From positions 1,705-65,704 of the forward strand of contig CAIRTF010000052.1 in NCBI GenBank assembly GCA_903881425.1: a DNA stretch of 64,000 nt. Direction: 5' to 3'. The position numbers and the translations under genes were made by a program. This document shows positions 19,587 to 29,687 of this stretch, in pieces (the first letter of the stretch is position 1; each line of letters opens with the position of its first letter). Source of the DNA: an uncultured Chitinophagaceae bacterium. GTDB taxonomy: Bacteria; Bacteroidota; Bacteroidia; Chitinophagales; Chitinophagaceae. The notes under the pieces were generated by a model, which was given only the letters and a program-made list of their open reading frames with translations, was not told the DNA's origin and ran no database searches.

Positions 19587-20618
19587 TTAACTGAATAAAT
19601 TTGATTGTCCACCTTTGGGAATGGCTTTACCCAAATGGTTGTATGCTTTTGCAGTTACTTCCCTTCCGCGTGGTGTGCGTTGTAAAAATCCCTCCTGAAT
19701 TAAGAATGGCTCATAGACTTCCTCAATTGTTCCCGCTTCTTCACCAACAGCAGTGGCAATAGTAGTAATACCAACAGGTCCGCCTTTAAACTTTTCAATA
19801 ATGGTTAATAAAATTCTGTTATCCATTTCATCCAATCCATGTTCATCTACATTCAAAGCTTTTAATGCATGTTGTGTAATACCGATATCAATAACACCAT
19901 CATTCAATACTTGTGCAAAATCTCTTACTCGTCTTAATAAACTATTGGAGATACGCGGTGTGCCTCGACTTCTTCTCGAAATTTCATCAGCAGCATCAGA
20001 AGAAATTTTAGTGTTTAAAATATTTGCAGATCGTTCAATGATTTTTTTTAAAGTTGCAGCTTGATAATATTCCAGTCTTGATTTAATTCCGAATCGAGAT
20101 AATAATGGCGCAGACAATAAACCACTTCTGGTGGTAGCGCCAATTAATGTGAACGGATTTAGATTGATCTGAACACTTCTTGCATTGGGTCCGGTATCAA
20201 TCATAATATCGATTTTAAAATCTTCCATCGCTGCATATAAATATTCTTCCACCACCGTACTTAATCTATGAATCTCATCAATAAACAAAACATCGTTTGC
20301 TTCTAAATTGGTTAATAAGCCCGCCAGATCTCCGGGTTTTTCAATTACCGGTCCTGAAGTTTCTTTTATATTAACACCCAACTCATTTGCTACAATCCTT
20401 GACAGTGTTGTTTTTCCGAGTCCCGGTGGACCATGAAACAATACATGATCCAATGCTTCGCCACGGATCTTTGCAGCTTTAATGAAGATGATCAAATTCT
20501 CGATGACTTGTTGTTGTCCGGAAAAATCTTCTATCTCTTTCGGACGAATCGTATTCTCGAATTCTTTATCTGCTGCAGTTAATGTTTCTTTATTACTATC
20601 TAAATTAGGATTTGACAT
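19587..20618 (-). CDS. ruvB: Holliday junction branch migration DNA helicase RuvB
   Basis: Walker [18 protein letters not shown], and RuvB-like sequence over the full length. Confidence 0.95.
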   Translation of the reverse strand: MSNPNLDSNKETLTAADKEFENTIRPKEIEDFSGQQQVIENLIIFIKAAKIRGEALDHVLFHGPPGLGKTTLSRIVANELGVNIKETSGPVIEKPGDLAGLLTNLEANDVLFIDEIHRLSTVVEEYLYAAMEDFKIDIMIDTGPNARSVQINLNPFTLIGATTRSGLLSAPLLSRFGIKSRLEYYQAATLKKIIERSANILNTKISSDAADEISRRSRGTPRISNSLLRRVRDFAQVLNDGVIDIGITQHALKALNVDEHGLDEMDNRILLTIIEKFKGGPVGITTIATAVGEEAGTIEEVYEPFLIQEGFLQRTPRGREVTAKAYNHLGKAIPKGGQSNLFS

Positions 20619-20741
20619 TGAAACAAATTTACAGAATACAAATCATCTCACCGATGTTGATTTTCGAAGAAAGAAATTTTAAAAATATTTCAATTGAATT
20701 ATAGTTTATGGATATAATTTTAAAATTAAAATATTCAAATC

Positions 20742-21392
20742 ATGAAAATAGGAATCATCGGCTCCGGCATCGTTGGTCAAACTTTAGCTAAAGCATTCAA
20801 TAACGAAGGATATACTGTTCAATTAGGTACACGCAATACTTCAAAAGAAGAAGTAGTAAAATTTAAAAATGAAAATCCTACTATTAATATTGGAACTTTT
20901 GAAGAAACGGCTGCCTCCTCAGAATTAATTATCCTGGCAACAGCAGGTGTTGTAACCATTGATGCCATTGCACTGGCAGGAAAAGAAAATTTTAACGATA
21001 AGATTGTGATAGATGCAACCAATCCCATTGCCAAAGAACCGCCGGTAAATGGTGTATTAAAATTCTTTACAGATTACAATAGTAGTTTACAGGAAAAAAT
21101 TCAAGCATTTATTCCGGAAGCCAAAATAGTAAAAGTATTCAGTTGCGTTGGAAATGCATTCTTTTATAAACCAAATTTTAATGGCGTAAAACCAACTATG
21201 TTTATTGCAGGAAATGATAATGCTGCGAAAAAAGTTGTAACAGAAATATTAACTGCATTTGGTTGGGAAACAGAAGACATGGGCACTGCGGAAGCAGCCA
21301 GAGCCATTGAACCATTGTGCATTTTATGGTGTTTACCGGGTTTCACCAAAAACCAATGGGGGCATGCTTTTAAGCTATTGAAAATGCAATAA
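20742..21392 (+). CDS. NAD(P)-binding oxidoreductase (NADPH-dependent F420 reductase-like family)
   Basis: N-terminal Rossmann motif IGIIGSGIVG. 216 aa, NpdG/pyrroline-5-carboxylate-reductase-like. Confidence 0.7.
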   Translation: MKIGIIGSGIVGQTLAKAFNNEGYTVQLGTRNTSKEEVVKFKNENPTINIGTFEETAASSELIILATAGVVTIDAIALAGKENFNDKIVIDATNPIAKEPPVNGVLKFFTDYNSSLQEKIQAFIPEAKIVKVFSCVGNAFFYKPNFNGVKPTMFIAGNDNAAKKVVTEILTAFGWETEDMGTAEAARAIEPLCILWCLPGFTKNQWGHAFKLLKMQ

Positions 21393-21405
21393 TGGATTGG
21401 CTTAA

Positions 21406-21561
21406 TCAATCAGCCGACCTTGCAGTTGCAGTCTTTTCCTCTCCGGTTTTATAAGGACCGTGGCAAGTTGACATCAATAAAATGAGAGAAAACAAAATGA
21501 TAAAAGATAAAATGGCTGTTCCTGTGAAATTTACTTTGACTTCGTTGTTATGGCTTGACAT
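21406..21561 (-). CDS. Possible small lipoprotein (51 aa), below the ORF-track cutoff
   Basis: ATG 21561 to TGA 21406 encodes MSSHNNEVKVNFTGTAILSFIILFSLILLMSTCHGPYKTGEEKTATARSAD. Hydrophobic segment followed by Cys; 24 nt downstream of the M23 gene. Confidence 0.3.
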   Translation of the reverse strand: MSSHNNEVKVNFTGTAILSFIILFSLILLMSTCHGPYKTGEEKTATARSAD

Positions 21562-21585
21562 GTTATATTATTTTGATAAAGCAAA

Positions 21586-22281
21586 TTAATAAAATTTTGA
21601 TTCTCCATATTGCATCATTTGCAAAATAATATCTGCATCCGGGCAATTGGCTAAATATTTTTCTCTTTCACTAAATTTACAAACGCCGGGGTAATCACCA
21701 CTTTTATTCGGCATGTCAATAATGATTTGAAAATGCAAATGCGGTGGCCAATGTCCATTTTCATTGGGTTCACCAAAATGCGCAATGGTTTCTCCTTCAT
21801 TAATAAACTTACCTTCTTTCAAATGTTCAATATCTTTTAAAGAAAGATGCCCGTATAAAGTATGAAAAGTTTTTGCTTTCAATTGATGTTGTAAAATGAT
21901 GGTAGCGCCATAATCACCAAAATGATCATTGAATGCAAAACTGTGCACTACTCCGCCAATCGGTGCAAACACAGGTGTGCCAGCCTTCCCCCAAATATCT
22001 GTACCTAAATGTAAACGACGGGGTTCTTTAGCATCATCAAACACTTTGCTCCGTGAATATAAATTTCTCAATTCATTATAACCACCAATACCATAAGTAG
22101 CATTCGCAGATGATAATTGTTGATTGATATAATCTGTAAACAAATTTGTATCAGAAAAAATTTCTTCCGTAAGTGATGGATTACTTGCTGTAAAATCCAT
22201 CAACAATAATTTATCAGTTGAAGAATCGAAGGGAACAACTTGATGAAAAGTTTGTTGATATTTTTTAAGAAGAGAAATCAT
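21586..22281 (-). CDS. M23 family metallopeptidase
   Basis: HLGTDIW...(HxxxD-like) and HLHFQI motifs of LytM/M23 peptidases. ATG at 22281; the track start at 22308 is TTG. Confidence 0.8.
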   Translation of the reverse strand: MISLLKKYQQTFHQVVPFDSSTDKLLLMDFTASNPSLTEEIFSDTNLFTDYINQQLSSANATYGIGGYNELRNLYSRSKVFDDAKEPRRLHLGTDIWGKAGTPVFAPIGGVVHSFAFNDHFGDYGATIILQHQLKAKTFHTLYGHLSLKDIEHLKEGKFINEGETIAHFGEPNENGHWPPHLHFQIIIDMPNKSGDYPGVCKFSEREKYLANCPDADIILQMMQYGESKFY

Positions 22282-22375
22282 AATGAAGAATAAAGTTATG
22301 CTGAACAAGTGTGAGATTCCGAAATTAATTCGGGATATGTCCCACTAATGTTGAATAGAGTTATAAAAGTTAATT

Positions 22376-22406
22376 AAAAAATAAAGCCTCGATGTTATCG
22401 AGGCTT
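22376..22406 (-). terminator. Rho-independent terminator after the DPP IV gene
   Basis: Minus strand reads AAGCCTCGAT-aac-ATCGAGGCTT followed by TATTTTTT. Confidence 0.6.
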
Positions 22407-22414
22407 ATTATCGT

Positions 22415-24643
22415 TTATCTCAGCAAACCCTTTGGTACAGGCTTTTCCAAGAGATATTTATAAATAAACTTTGTTTTTAAATTACTAAAGTGAGTGTTTT
22501 TTGCAGGTAAATTTCCCCAACCATGTCTGCCACCGGGATATAAGCTAAGCTCAAAATCTTTGCCTTTATCTTCCAATGCAGAAATCAGCTGAATACTATT
22601 TTGCATGTGCACATTATCATCCATTGTGCCATGCACCAATTGTAATACACCTTTAAATTTATCTACATAAGATAAGACACTACTGCTCTTATACCCATCA
22701 GGATTATTTTTTGGAGTACCCATATATCTTTCTGTATAATGTGTATCATACAAACTCCAATCTACCACACTACCACCTGCCATAGCATGTGTAAATACAT
22801 CTGCTCCATAAGTTAATGCATAACAACTCATGTAACCACCATAACTAAATCCGGTGATACAAATTTTATTTGCATCGGCACCACCATTGGCAATAAACCA
22901 ACGTGCCATGGTTTTATAATCCTGCATTTCCCAATAGCCAAGATTATGATACATATAGTTCACGCCTTCTTTTCCAAAATGCCCGCTGGCTCTGTGATCG
23001 AACGCCACTTGTATCAATCCTTCTTTTGCATAGAATTGTCTGTTCGCACTCCAACTCCATGAATCCATTACGGTGCCTGCATTGGGGCCACCATAGATAC
23101 TTATGAGCATGGGATATTTTTTTGCCGGATCATAATTCAAAGGCCATGTAACCATTGCCGGCAAATCATATTTACCATCATCACTTTTAATTCTGATGAG
23201 TTCTGTTTTGGCAACATTATAATTATTCATCTCTGCTCCTTTCGCATCGCCTAATTCACGAATAATTTTTCCCTTATTATCTAACAAAGTCATTTTATTG
23301 GGCGTAACCGCATTGTTATAAGTAGTGATGAAATATTTTGCATTCGGTGATAAATTGATTTGTGCATGATTGTATTCACCAAAAGTTAATCTTCTAAAAT
23401 CTTTACCATCAAACTTTACAGAATATAAATCTGTACGTGCTGTATTCTCTCTGCTGCGTGCAACAAAATAAATCGTTTCATTTTTTTCATCGATATAACG
23501 AATACCCGTTACTGAATAATTTCCGGAAGTGATTGCATTCTTTAATGTGCCATCAATATTATACAAGTACAAATGATTCCATCCTGTTTTATCGCTTTGT
23601 GCAATGTATCCTTTATCATTAGGCAGAAAATTTATTCTGCCGCCTACTCTATCTTCCAGATCGATCCATGTTTTTTGTGTTTCATCATACACTGTTTTTT
23701 TGGTACCTGTTGATGTGTTAATCTCATAAATAGTCAAATGATTTTGATCTCTGTTCATCCATGGCAACCACATGGTATTATTGGTTTTGCGCCACATAGG
23801 CCAACCAAAATATTGATCATCTTTATCATTAAAATCTGCCCAAACAGTTTTACCACCATCCGGATTTACAAAACCAATTTTTACTTCCGGATTTTTATCG
23901 CCGGGTAATGGATAACGTGTTTCTTCTAAGAAACCATGTTGCCCTTCACTGTTATAGATGGGAAACATAGGCACCATACTTTCATCAAAATGTGCATAGG
24001 CTAAGGTTTTACTATCCGGACTCCACCAAAATGCACGATAGCGTGTTGGTCTGCCATAAATCTCTTCAAAATAAACCCAGCTTGCATAACCATTCAATGT
24101 AGTGAATGTACCATCAGTAGTTAATTGCGTTTCTTTATTGGTAGTTAAATTATAGGAATAGAGATTATTATTTTTTGTGTAGCCGATATAATTGCTATCC
24201 GGACTAAATGTTGGGTTTTTTTCTTCATCCTTATCATTGGTTAATCTTCTTTCTACTCCTTTTTCGCGATAGAATAAATCATTCTCACGAACAGAAACCG
24301 ATTTACCATTAGACGATGCTGCATTATCACCACCTCGTCCAAATCCGCCACCACCGCGGCCTCCAAAGCCTCCACCCGGAGCACCACCTTCAGTAGTTTC
24401 AGTAAACTTATTCGCTTTAATATCGAGCAAATAATTTTTTGCAGCCGAATCGGGATGAATTTTTTGATTGATGATCACATGTTCATCATCCACCCATTTA
24501 ATAATGAATGGTAATGGATTATAAAAATTAGCCGGCGTTTTATTGGCTAACAGATCAGCATCTGAAAAATCTTTTTTCTGTGCATGTGCGATTGAAACAA
24601 TGGCAATCAATGCGGTAAAAACAAAAGGAATTTTTTTTATCAT
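22415..24643 (-). CDS. S9B family serine peptidase (dipeptidyl-peptidase IV-like), secreted
   Basis: N-terminal signal peptide from the ATG at 24643 (MIKKIPFVFTALIAIVSIAHA), a DPP IV beta-propeller region, and a catalytic GFSYGGYM...D...H alpha/beta hydrolase domain. Confidence 0.9.
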   Translation of the reverse strand: MIKKIPFVFTALIAIVSIAHAQKKDFSDADLLANKTPANFYNPLPFIIKWVDDEHVIINQKIHPDSAAKNYLLDIKANKFTETTEGGAPGGGFGGRGGGGFGRGGDNAASSNGKSVSVRENDLFYREKGVERRLTNDKDEEKNPTFSPDSNYIGYTKNNNLYSYNLTTNKETQLTTDGTFTTLNGYASWVYFEEIYGRPTRYRAFWWSPDSKTLAYAHFDESMVPMFPIYNSEGQHGFLEETRYPLPGDKNPEVKIGFVNPDGGKTVWADFNDKDDQYFGWPMWRKTNNTMWLPWMNRDQNHLTIYEINTSTGTKKTVYDETQKTWIDLEDRVGGRINFLPNDKGYIAQSDKTGWNHLYLYNIDGTLKNAITSGNYSVTGIRYIDEKNETIYFVARSRENTARTDLYSVKFDGKDFRRLTFGEYNHAQINLSPNAKYFITTYNNAVTPNKMTLLDNKGKIIRELGDAKGAEMNNYNVAKTELIRIKSDDGKYDLPAMVTWPLNYDPAKKYPMLISIYGGPNAGTVMDSWSWSANRQFYAKEGLIQVAFDHRASGHFGKEGVNYMYHNLGYWEMQDYKTMARWFIANGGADANKICITGFSYGGYMSCYALTYGADVFTHAMAGGSVVDWSLYDTHYTERYMGTPKNNPDGYKSSSVLSYVDKFKGVLQLVHGTMDDNVHMQNSIQLISALEDKGKDFELSLYPGGRHGWGNLPAKNTHFSNLKTKFIYKYLLEKPVPKGLLR

Positions 24644-24703
24644 GGCATTTGTTTTGGAACAATGAAGATAATGTTCGCCTACTAATGCACACAATTTTTT
24701 TGA

Positions 24704-25216
24704 TTAACGAGCGAAAGAATATTCATTCCGCTTAATCCAGTTCTGTTCACCGATAAATTTCACCTCTTTACGGCTGATATATGCTTTATTGCTGATGATA
24801 TAAACATGTTTAATAATAGCTTTTTTCCTCTCATTTCCATCCACACCATCTCGTTCTGTTTCAATTTGCAGTGTACCATCTACACTTACATTTGTTAAAG
24901 TAACTTTTGCATCATCAATCATTTTGCCTTCTGCTTTTATTTCCAAAGTATCATTACCATTGGCTTTCGGCTCATTGGGATATTGATAGGAAAAAATAAT
25001 TTGATGGTTATTTTTTGCATTGATATTGATTGAAACATTTGCCGGCATAGTATAAGGCTTGCCACTTGTATAATCTAAATAAGTAAGCGTTCCATTCCAT
25101 TCGCCAAAAGCGGGTTTGAATGCATCTGAAGTTATTTTAACCGGATCTTTTACAAAAGCAAATGCAACAACAATGAAGACAATGCTCAAAATATTTTTCA
25201 TAAAATGATTTTGCAT
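24704..25216 (-). CDS. Hypothetical secreted protein
   Basis: Signal-peptide-like N-terminus (MKNILSIVFIVVAFAF; alternative ATG at 25201). Beta-rich sequence; no family recognised. Confidence 0.6.
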   Translation of the reverse strand: MQNHFMKNILSIVFIVVAFAFVKDPVKITSDAFKPAFGEWNGTLTYLDYTSGKPYTMPANVSININAKNNHQIIFSYQYPNEPKANGNDTLEIKAEGKMIDDAKVTLTNVSVDGTLQIETERDGVDGNERKKAIIKHVYIISNKAYISRKEVKFIGEQNWIKRNEYSFAR

Positions 25217-25225
25217 AATAACGCA

Positions 25226-25253
25226 AAAGCCGCTGAAAAGTTACAGCGGCTTT
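25226..25253 (-). terminator. Terminator-like hairpin after the cytochrome c gene
   Basis: AAAGCCGCTG / CAGCGGCTTT 10-bp stem, followed by TTTTG on the minus strand. Confidence 0.5.
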
Positions 25254-25279
25254 ATTATTTACGATCCGTATTTTAATAA

Positions 25280-26254
25280 TCAACTCTTTGCCGTAAATTT
25301 TTCTACTTTATTCGAAATAGGTTTTATGGTTTGTAAATATTTAAAAATAGCATTGAGATCCGATTCTTTCATCTTCGAATACATCATCCATGGCATGATA
25401 GTATTGAAATCTTTTTCACCCAATGTTGGTGAATGAAATGAACTGTCCTGATATTGTTTAAAACGTTTAATGAATTGTTCAGCAGTCCATGCTTTTAATC
25501 CATTTACATCCGGTGTTAAATTTGCCGAACGTACAATGCCTGCTGGTAAAGAAAATTCTCTTCCTCCACCAAACTCAAGTCCGGGAATAATTTGGCCTTT
25601 ATTGTCTTTTGTATGACACTCCACACAACCAGATGCAGTGATCATGTATTTTCCATAGGCAATTGTATCCGATTCTGCTGGCCTGTTTTGTAAATTGGCT
25701 TTCTGCGGAATTAAATGTTGAATGATAGTGAAAGGAAAATCTGCTTTTGATTTTGGTGCATCATTTTTAATAGCAGGCAATGAACGCACATAAGCAATGA
25801 TGGAATAAATATCTTCTTTATCTAATTGTCCATAATAATGATATGGCATAACCGGAAATAAGGCATCACCATTTTTATCAACACCGGTAGTAATGGTTCT
25901 GAAAATTTCTCCATCTGTCCAATCACTTAATTTATAAGGAGTGATATTCCTTGAATAAAATACTCCCGGAAATCCATAACGCTGATCAAATCTTTCGCCG
26001 CCTTTGCCTTCTGTTCCTGCAATGGGCGGACCTGCATATTTTGTCCAATCACGTGTTGAATGACAATCCATACAAACCGTAACGCAATTGGCTAAATATT
26101 TTCCTCTCTCAACTCTTTGAGGTGTTTTTTCAACCGTAATGTTTTCGGGCTTTCCAACATTGGGCAAGAAAAAAACTACATAAGAAATGACACCAATAAA
26201 AATGATGATAACGACACCAATAAAATACAGGAGTATTTTAAAAAACTTTTTCAT
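25280..26254 (-). CDS. Membrane-anchored dihaem c-type cytochrome
   Basis: N-terminal TM helix and two CxxCH haem-binding motifs (CMDCH, CVECH). 324 aa. Confidence 0.8.
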   Translation of the reverse strand: MKKFFKILLYFIGVVIIIFIGVISYVVFFLPNVGKPENITVEKTPQRVERGKYLANCVTVCMDCHSTRDWTKYAGPPIAGTEGKGGERFDQRYGFPGVFYSRNITPYKLSDWTDGEIFRTITTGVDKNGDALFPVMPYHYYGQLDKEDIYSIIAYVRSLPAIKNDAPKSKADFPFTIIQHLIPQKANLQNRPAESDTIAYGKYMITASGCVECHTKDNKGQIIPGLEFGGGREFSLPAGIVRSANLTPDVNGLKAWTAEQFIKRFKQYQDSSFHSPTLGEKDFNTIMPWMMYSKMKESDLNAIFKYLQTIKPISNKVEKFTAKS

Positions 26255-26324
26255 GCTGTGGGGCTTTTAAAGTTAATGATGCAACAAAATAAAAAATGGT
26301 TTTAAGATATGCAATAGGCGAGAA

Positions 26325-26351
26325 TAAAAAACCCCGACTTTCAAGTCGGGG
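26325..26351 (-). terminator. Rho-independent terminator (presumed leuS terminator)
   Basis: Minus strand reads CCCCGACT-tgaa-AGTCGGGG followed by TTTTTT. It lies about 130 nt downstream of the leuS stop. Confidence 0.7.
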
Positions 26352-26484
26352 CAATTCAATAAATCATTTTATTGTGCTTGCCAATGTCCCGATAGCCTCA
26401 ACAGGACAATTGCTGTCACATTGAGGTTCTCGAAATGTATTATAATTTTTATCGGACTTCGAGTGCCTCAGTCTAACAAAAAAA

Positions 26485-29481
26485 TTATATCACCACATTG
26501 ACCATTTTATTTTTTACGAAGATGAGTTTCTTCACCGGCTTATCTTCTATCCATTTTTTAACCACTTCATTATTCAATACAATTTGCTCTACTTGTTCTT
26601 GTGTGGCATACAATGCGATATTGATATTGGTTCTTAATTTTCCATTGATACTAACAGGATAATCTTTGGATGATTCTACCAAATAAGCAGGATTGAATGT
26701 TGGATAAGCCGCATCCAGTATGGATTTGGTATTACCCAATGCCTTCCATAATTCTTCGGTGATATGCGGTGCATAAGGAACCAACATTATTAATAAGGGT
26801 TCCAACACTTCTCTTTTATTACATTTTAAATCAGCCAATTCATTTACACAAACCATGAATGCACTTACGGCTGTATTGAAAGAAAAACGTTCGGTATCTT
26901 CTTCAATTTTTTTAATGGCTTTATGCAACACTTTTAATTCCTCGGCTGTTGCTTTTTCTTCATTCCACACTTTACCTTTCAATTCATCAAAAAATAAACG
27001 CCATAATTTTTTTAAGAACCGATGCACCCCTTCAATGCCTTTGGTATCCCATGGTTTACTTTGCTCAACCGGACCTAAAAACATTTCATACATACGGAAA
27101 GTATCGGAACCATATTTATTAATTACATCATTTGGATTAACTACGTTTAGTTTTGACTTAGACATTTTCTCAACTTCTCTAAAACACTTAATTGTTTTTC
27201 CATCAGAGGAAATAAAAATTGCATCTTTAAATTTTGGGTTTTCTTTTTCTAACCTTTCAGTATCAACTTCATCATTAATATTTACATATTCTATTGGAAT
27301 ATGTATTTTATAATAATTCGGAAAACCTATAATCACTTTCTCGAGGAGCCCTTCTTTCTTAATATCATCTACAATAGGCTTAATTAAATAATTTAAAACG
27401 TTCTCTCTCAAGAGATCATGCTTTATTTCTTCTTCAGTTTCTGGTTTAGAATAAGTAGTTCTTATTGAATCCATTAAGTCATAAGACAAAAAAGTATTGT
27501 GAATTATTTGATATTTATTATTGAGTTCGGCAATTTTTTTCAATTCATCTTCAGTATGAATATAAGGTTTATCAATTTGATTTTTCTTAATCAAATTGAA
27601 TCCCATCATGTTTATAAAAGCACTATTTCCAGTTATCATTCCCTGATTCAGCAACTTTTTAAATGGTTCATCATATCCAATGAAACCTAAATCGTACAAG
27701 GCTTTCGTCCACATGCGGCTGTACAATAAATGACCAACAGCATGTTCAGTTCCACCAATATAAACATCCACCTGATTCCAGTAATCACTTACTTTTCTAT
27801 CGCAAAAAGTTTCGTTATTATGCGGATCCATATAACGTAAAAAATACCAACTGCTTCCCGCATAACCGGGCATTGTGTTGGTCTCTAATTCTTTTGCCAC
27901 CCATTCAGGAATATTTGCCAAAGGACCTTCGCCTTCAGGACCGGGAGAATAAGCATCTACTTTAGGTAATAATAAAGGCAATTCATTTTCATTTAATGGA
28001 ATGGCTATTTTATTTTTCCATTTAATAGGAAATGGTTCGCCCCAATAACGTTGTCTGCTAAATGCAGCATCACGCATTTTATAATTTATTTTTTTCTTGC
28101 CAATACCTAATGCAACTAATTTATTTACTACAATATCAATAGCATCTTTCATAACAATGCCATTTAAAAAATCGCTGTTAGATAGTTTTGCTTCTTTGGT
28201 TGCATTGGCTTCTTCACCATTAAAATAATCACCGATAATATTGGTGATAGGAATATTAAAATGTTTTGCGAATTTAAAATCTCGTTCATCGCCGCAAGGC
28301 ACTGCCATGATTGCTCCTGTTCCATAACCAGCTAATACATATTCACTGATCCAAACAGGAATTTGTTTTTTATTGAACGGATTGATGGCATAAGCACCTG
28401 TAAAACATCCCGTAATTTTTTTCTCGGCCTGACGTTCACGATCACTTCTGCTTTTTACATAGGTGATATAATTTTCTACTGCTTGTTTTTGTTCCGGTGT
28501 AGTGATGCCATTTACCAATTCATGTTCCGGTGCAATTACCATAAAATCAACGCCAAAAATAGTATCAGGTCTTGTAGTGTAAACATGCAATTCGAATTTC
28601 GAATTTTTAATGTCGAATTTAATTTCTGCACCCGTCGATTTACCAATCCAATTGGTTTGCATTTCTTTCATTGCATCGCTAAAATCCACTGTTTTCAAGC
28701 CTTCCAGCAATCTATCTGCATATTCAGTTATACGTAAATACCATTGACGCAATTTCTTTTTTACTACCGGATGACCACCTCGTTCGCTTACTCCATTCAC
28801 TACTTCATCATTGGCCAAAACAGTTCCCAATGCTTCGCACCAATTTACTTCACCATATCCGCAAAAAGCCAAACGATAATGCATCAATACTTCTTGCTGA
28901 TATTCATCGGTATAACTTTTCCATTCATCTTTTTCAAATTCAATGGTTGCATCACCCGGACAAACATGATGTACATTTCCTTCTTCCTCAAAAATTTTTA
29001 TTAAAGTTTCAATGCTCTCTGCTTTTTGCTTTTGACGATTGAAGAATGAATGAAACAATTGCAAGAATATCCATTGCGTCCATTTGTAATAATTCGGCTC
29101 ACATGTTTTTACTTCTCTGTCCCAATCATAACAAAAACCAATTTTATCTAATTGTGCCCGATAATTATTAATATTATTTTGTGTAGAAATTGCCGGATGA
29201 ATACCATGTTCAATAGCATATTGTTCGGCAGGCAAACCAAATGCATCATAACCCATCGGATGCAAAACATTAAAACCTTTTAATCTTTTATAGCGTGCAA
29301 AAATATCTGAAGCAACATATCCCAACGGATGACCTACATGCAAGCCTACACCACTCGGATATGGAAACATATCCAATACATAATACTTCGGTTTATCAGA
29401 AACATTAGATACTTGATATACCTTATTTTCTTTCCACCAATCCTGCCATTTTTGTTCTATCTCACGAAAATTATATTCCAT
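26485..29481 (-). CDS. leuS: Leucine--tRNA ligase
   Basis: HVGHPLGY (HIGH), the CP1 editing domain, KMSKS, and a C-terminal anticodon-binding domain. 998 aa; ATG at 29481. Confidence 0.95.
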   Translation of the reverse strand: MEYNFREIEQKWQDWWKENKVYQVSNVSDKPKYYVLDMFPYPSGVGLHVGHPLGYVASDIFARYKRLKGFNVLHPMGYDAFGLPAEQYAIEHGIHPAISTQNNINNYRAQLDKIGFCYDWDREVKTCEPNYYKWTQWIFLQLFHSFFNRQKQKAESIETLIKIFEEEGNVHHVCPGDATIEFEKDEWKSYTDEYQQEVLMHYRLAFCGYGEVNWCEALGTVLANDEVVNGVSERGGHPVVKKKLRQWYLRITEYADRLLEGLKTVDFSDAMKEMQTNWIGKSTGAEIKFDIKNSKFELHVYTTRPDTIFGVDFMVIAPEHELVNGITTPEQKQAVENYITYVKSRSDRERQAEKKITGCFTGAYAINPFNKKQIPVWISEYVLAGYGTGAIMAVPCGDERDFKFAKHFNIPITNIIGDYFNGEEANATKEAKLSNSDFLNGIVMKDAIDIVVNKLVALGIGKKKINYKMRDAAFSRQRYWGEPFPIKWKNKIAIPLNENELPLLLPKVDAYSPGPEGEGPLANIPEWVAKELETNTMPGYAGSSWYFLRYMDPHNNETFCDRKVSDYWNQVDVYIGGTEHAVGHLLYSRMWTKALYDLGFIGYDEPFKKLLNQGMITGNSAFINMMGFNLIKKNQIDKPYIHTEDELKKIAELNNKYQIIHNTFLSYDLMDSIRTTYSKPETEEEIKHDLLRENVLNYLIKPIVDDIKKEGLLEKVIIGFPNYYKIHIPIEYVNINDEVDTERLEKENPKFKDAIFISSDGKTIKCFREVEKMSKSKLNVVNPNDVINKYGSDTFRMYEMFLGPVEQSKPWDTKGIEGVHRFLKKLWRLFFDELKGKVWNEEKATAEELKVLHKAIKKIEEDTERFSFNTAVSAFMVCVNELADLKCNKREVLEPLLIMLVPYAPHITEELWKALGNTKSILDAAYPTFNPAYLVESSKDYPVSINGKLRTNINIALYATQEQVEQIVLNNEVVKKWIEDKPVKKLIFVKNKMVNVVI

Positions 29482-29687
29482 ATTTCAATTTACGATATAC
29501 GTTTTTGGATATTCGATTTTTTAATTTGCCAACTTTTTAATTCTATCCCCTAAAACAATTCTAACAAAACTTTTATTTGCAAAATTTTATCTTGCATACT
29601 TTCACGACCGTTACAGTCGTTAAAGAGTGTGCAAATGTAAGTGTTTACGGTACATTTGCGATTGTTGAATCTTTCAAAAATAAGACA

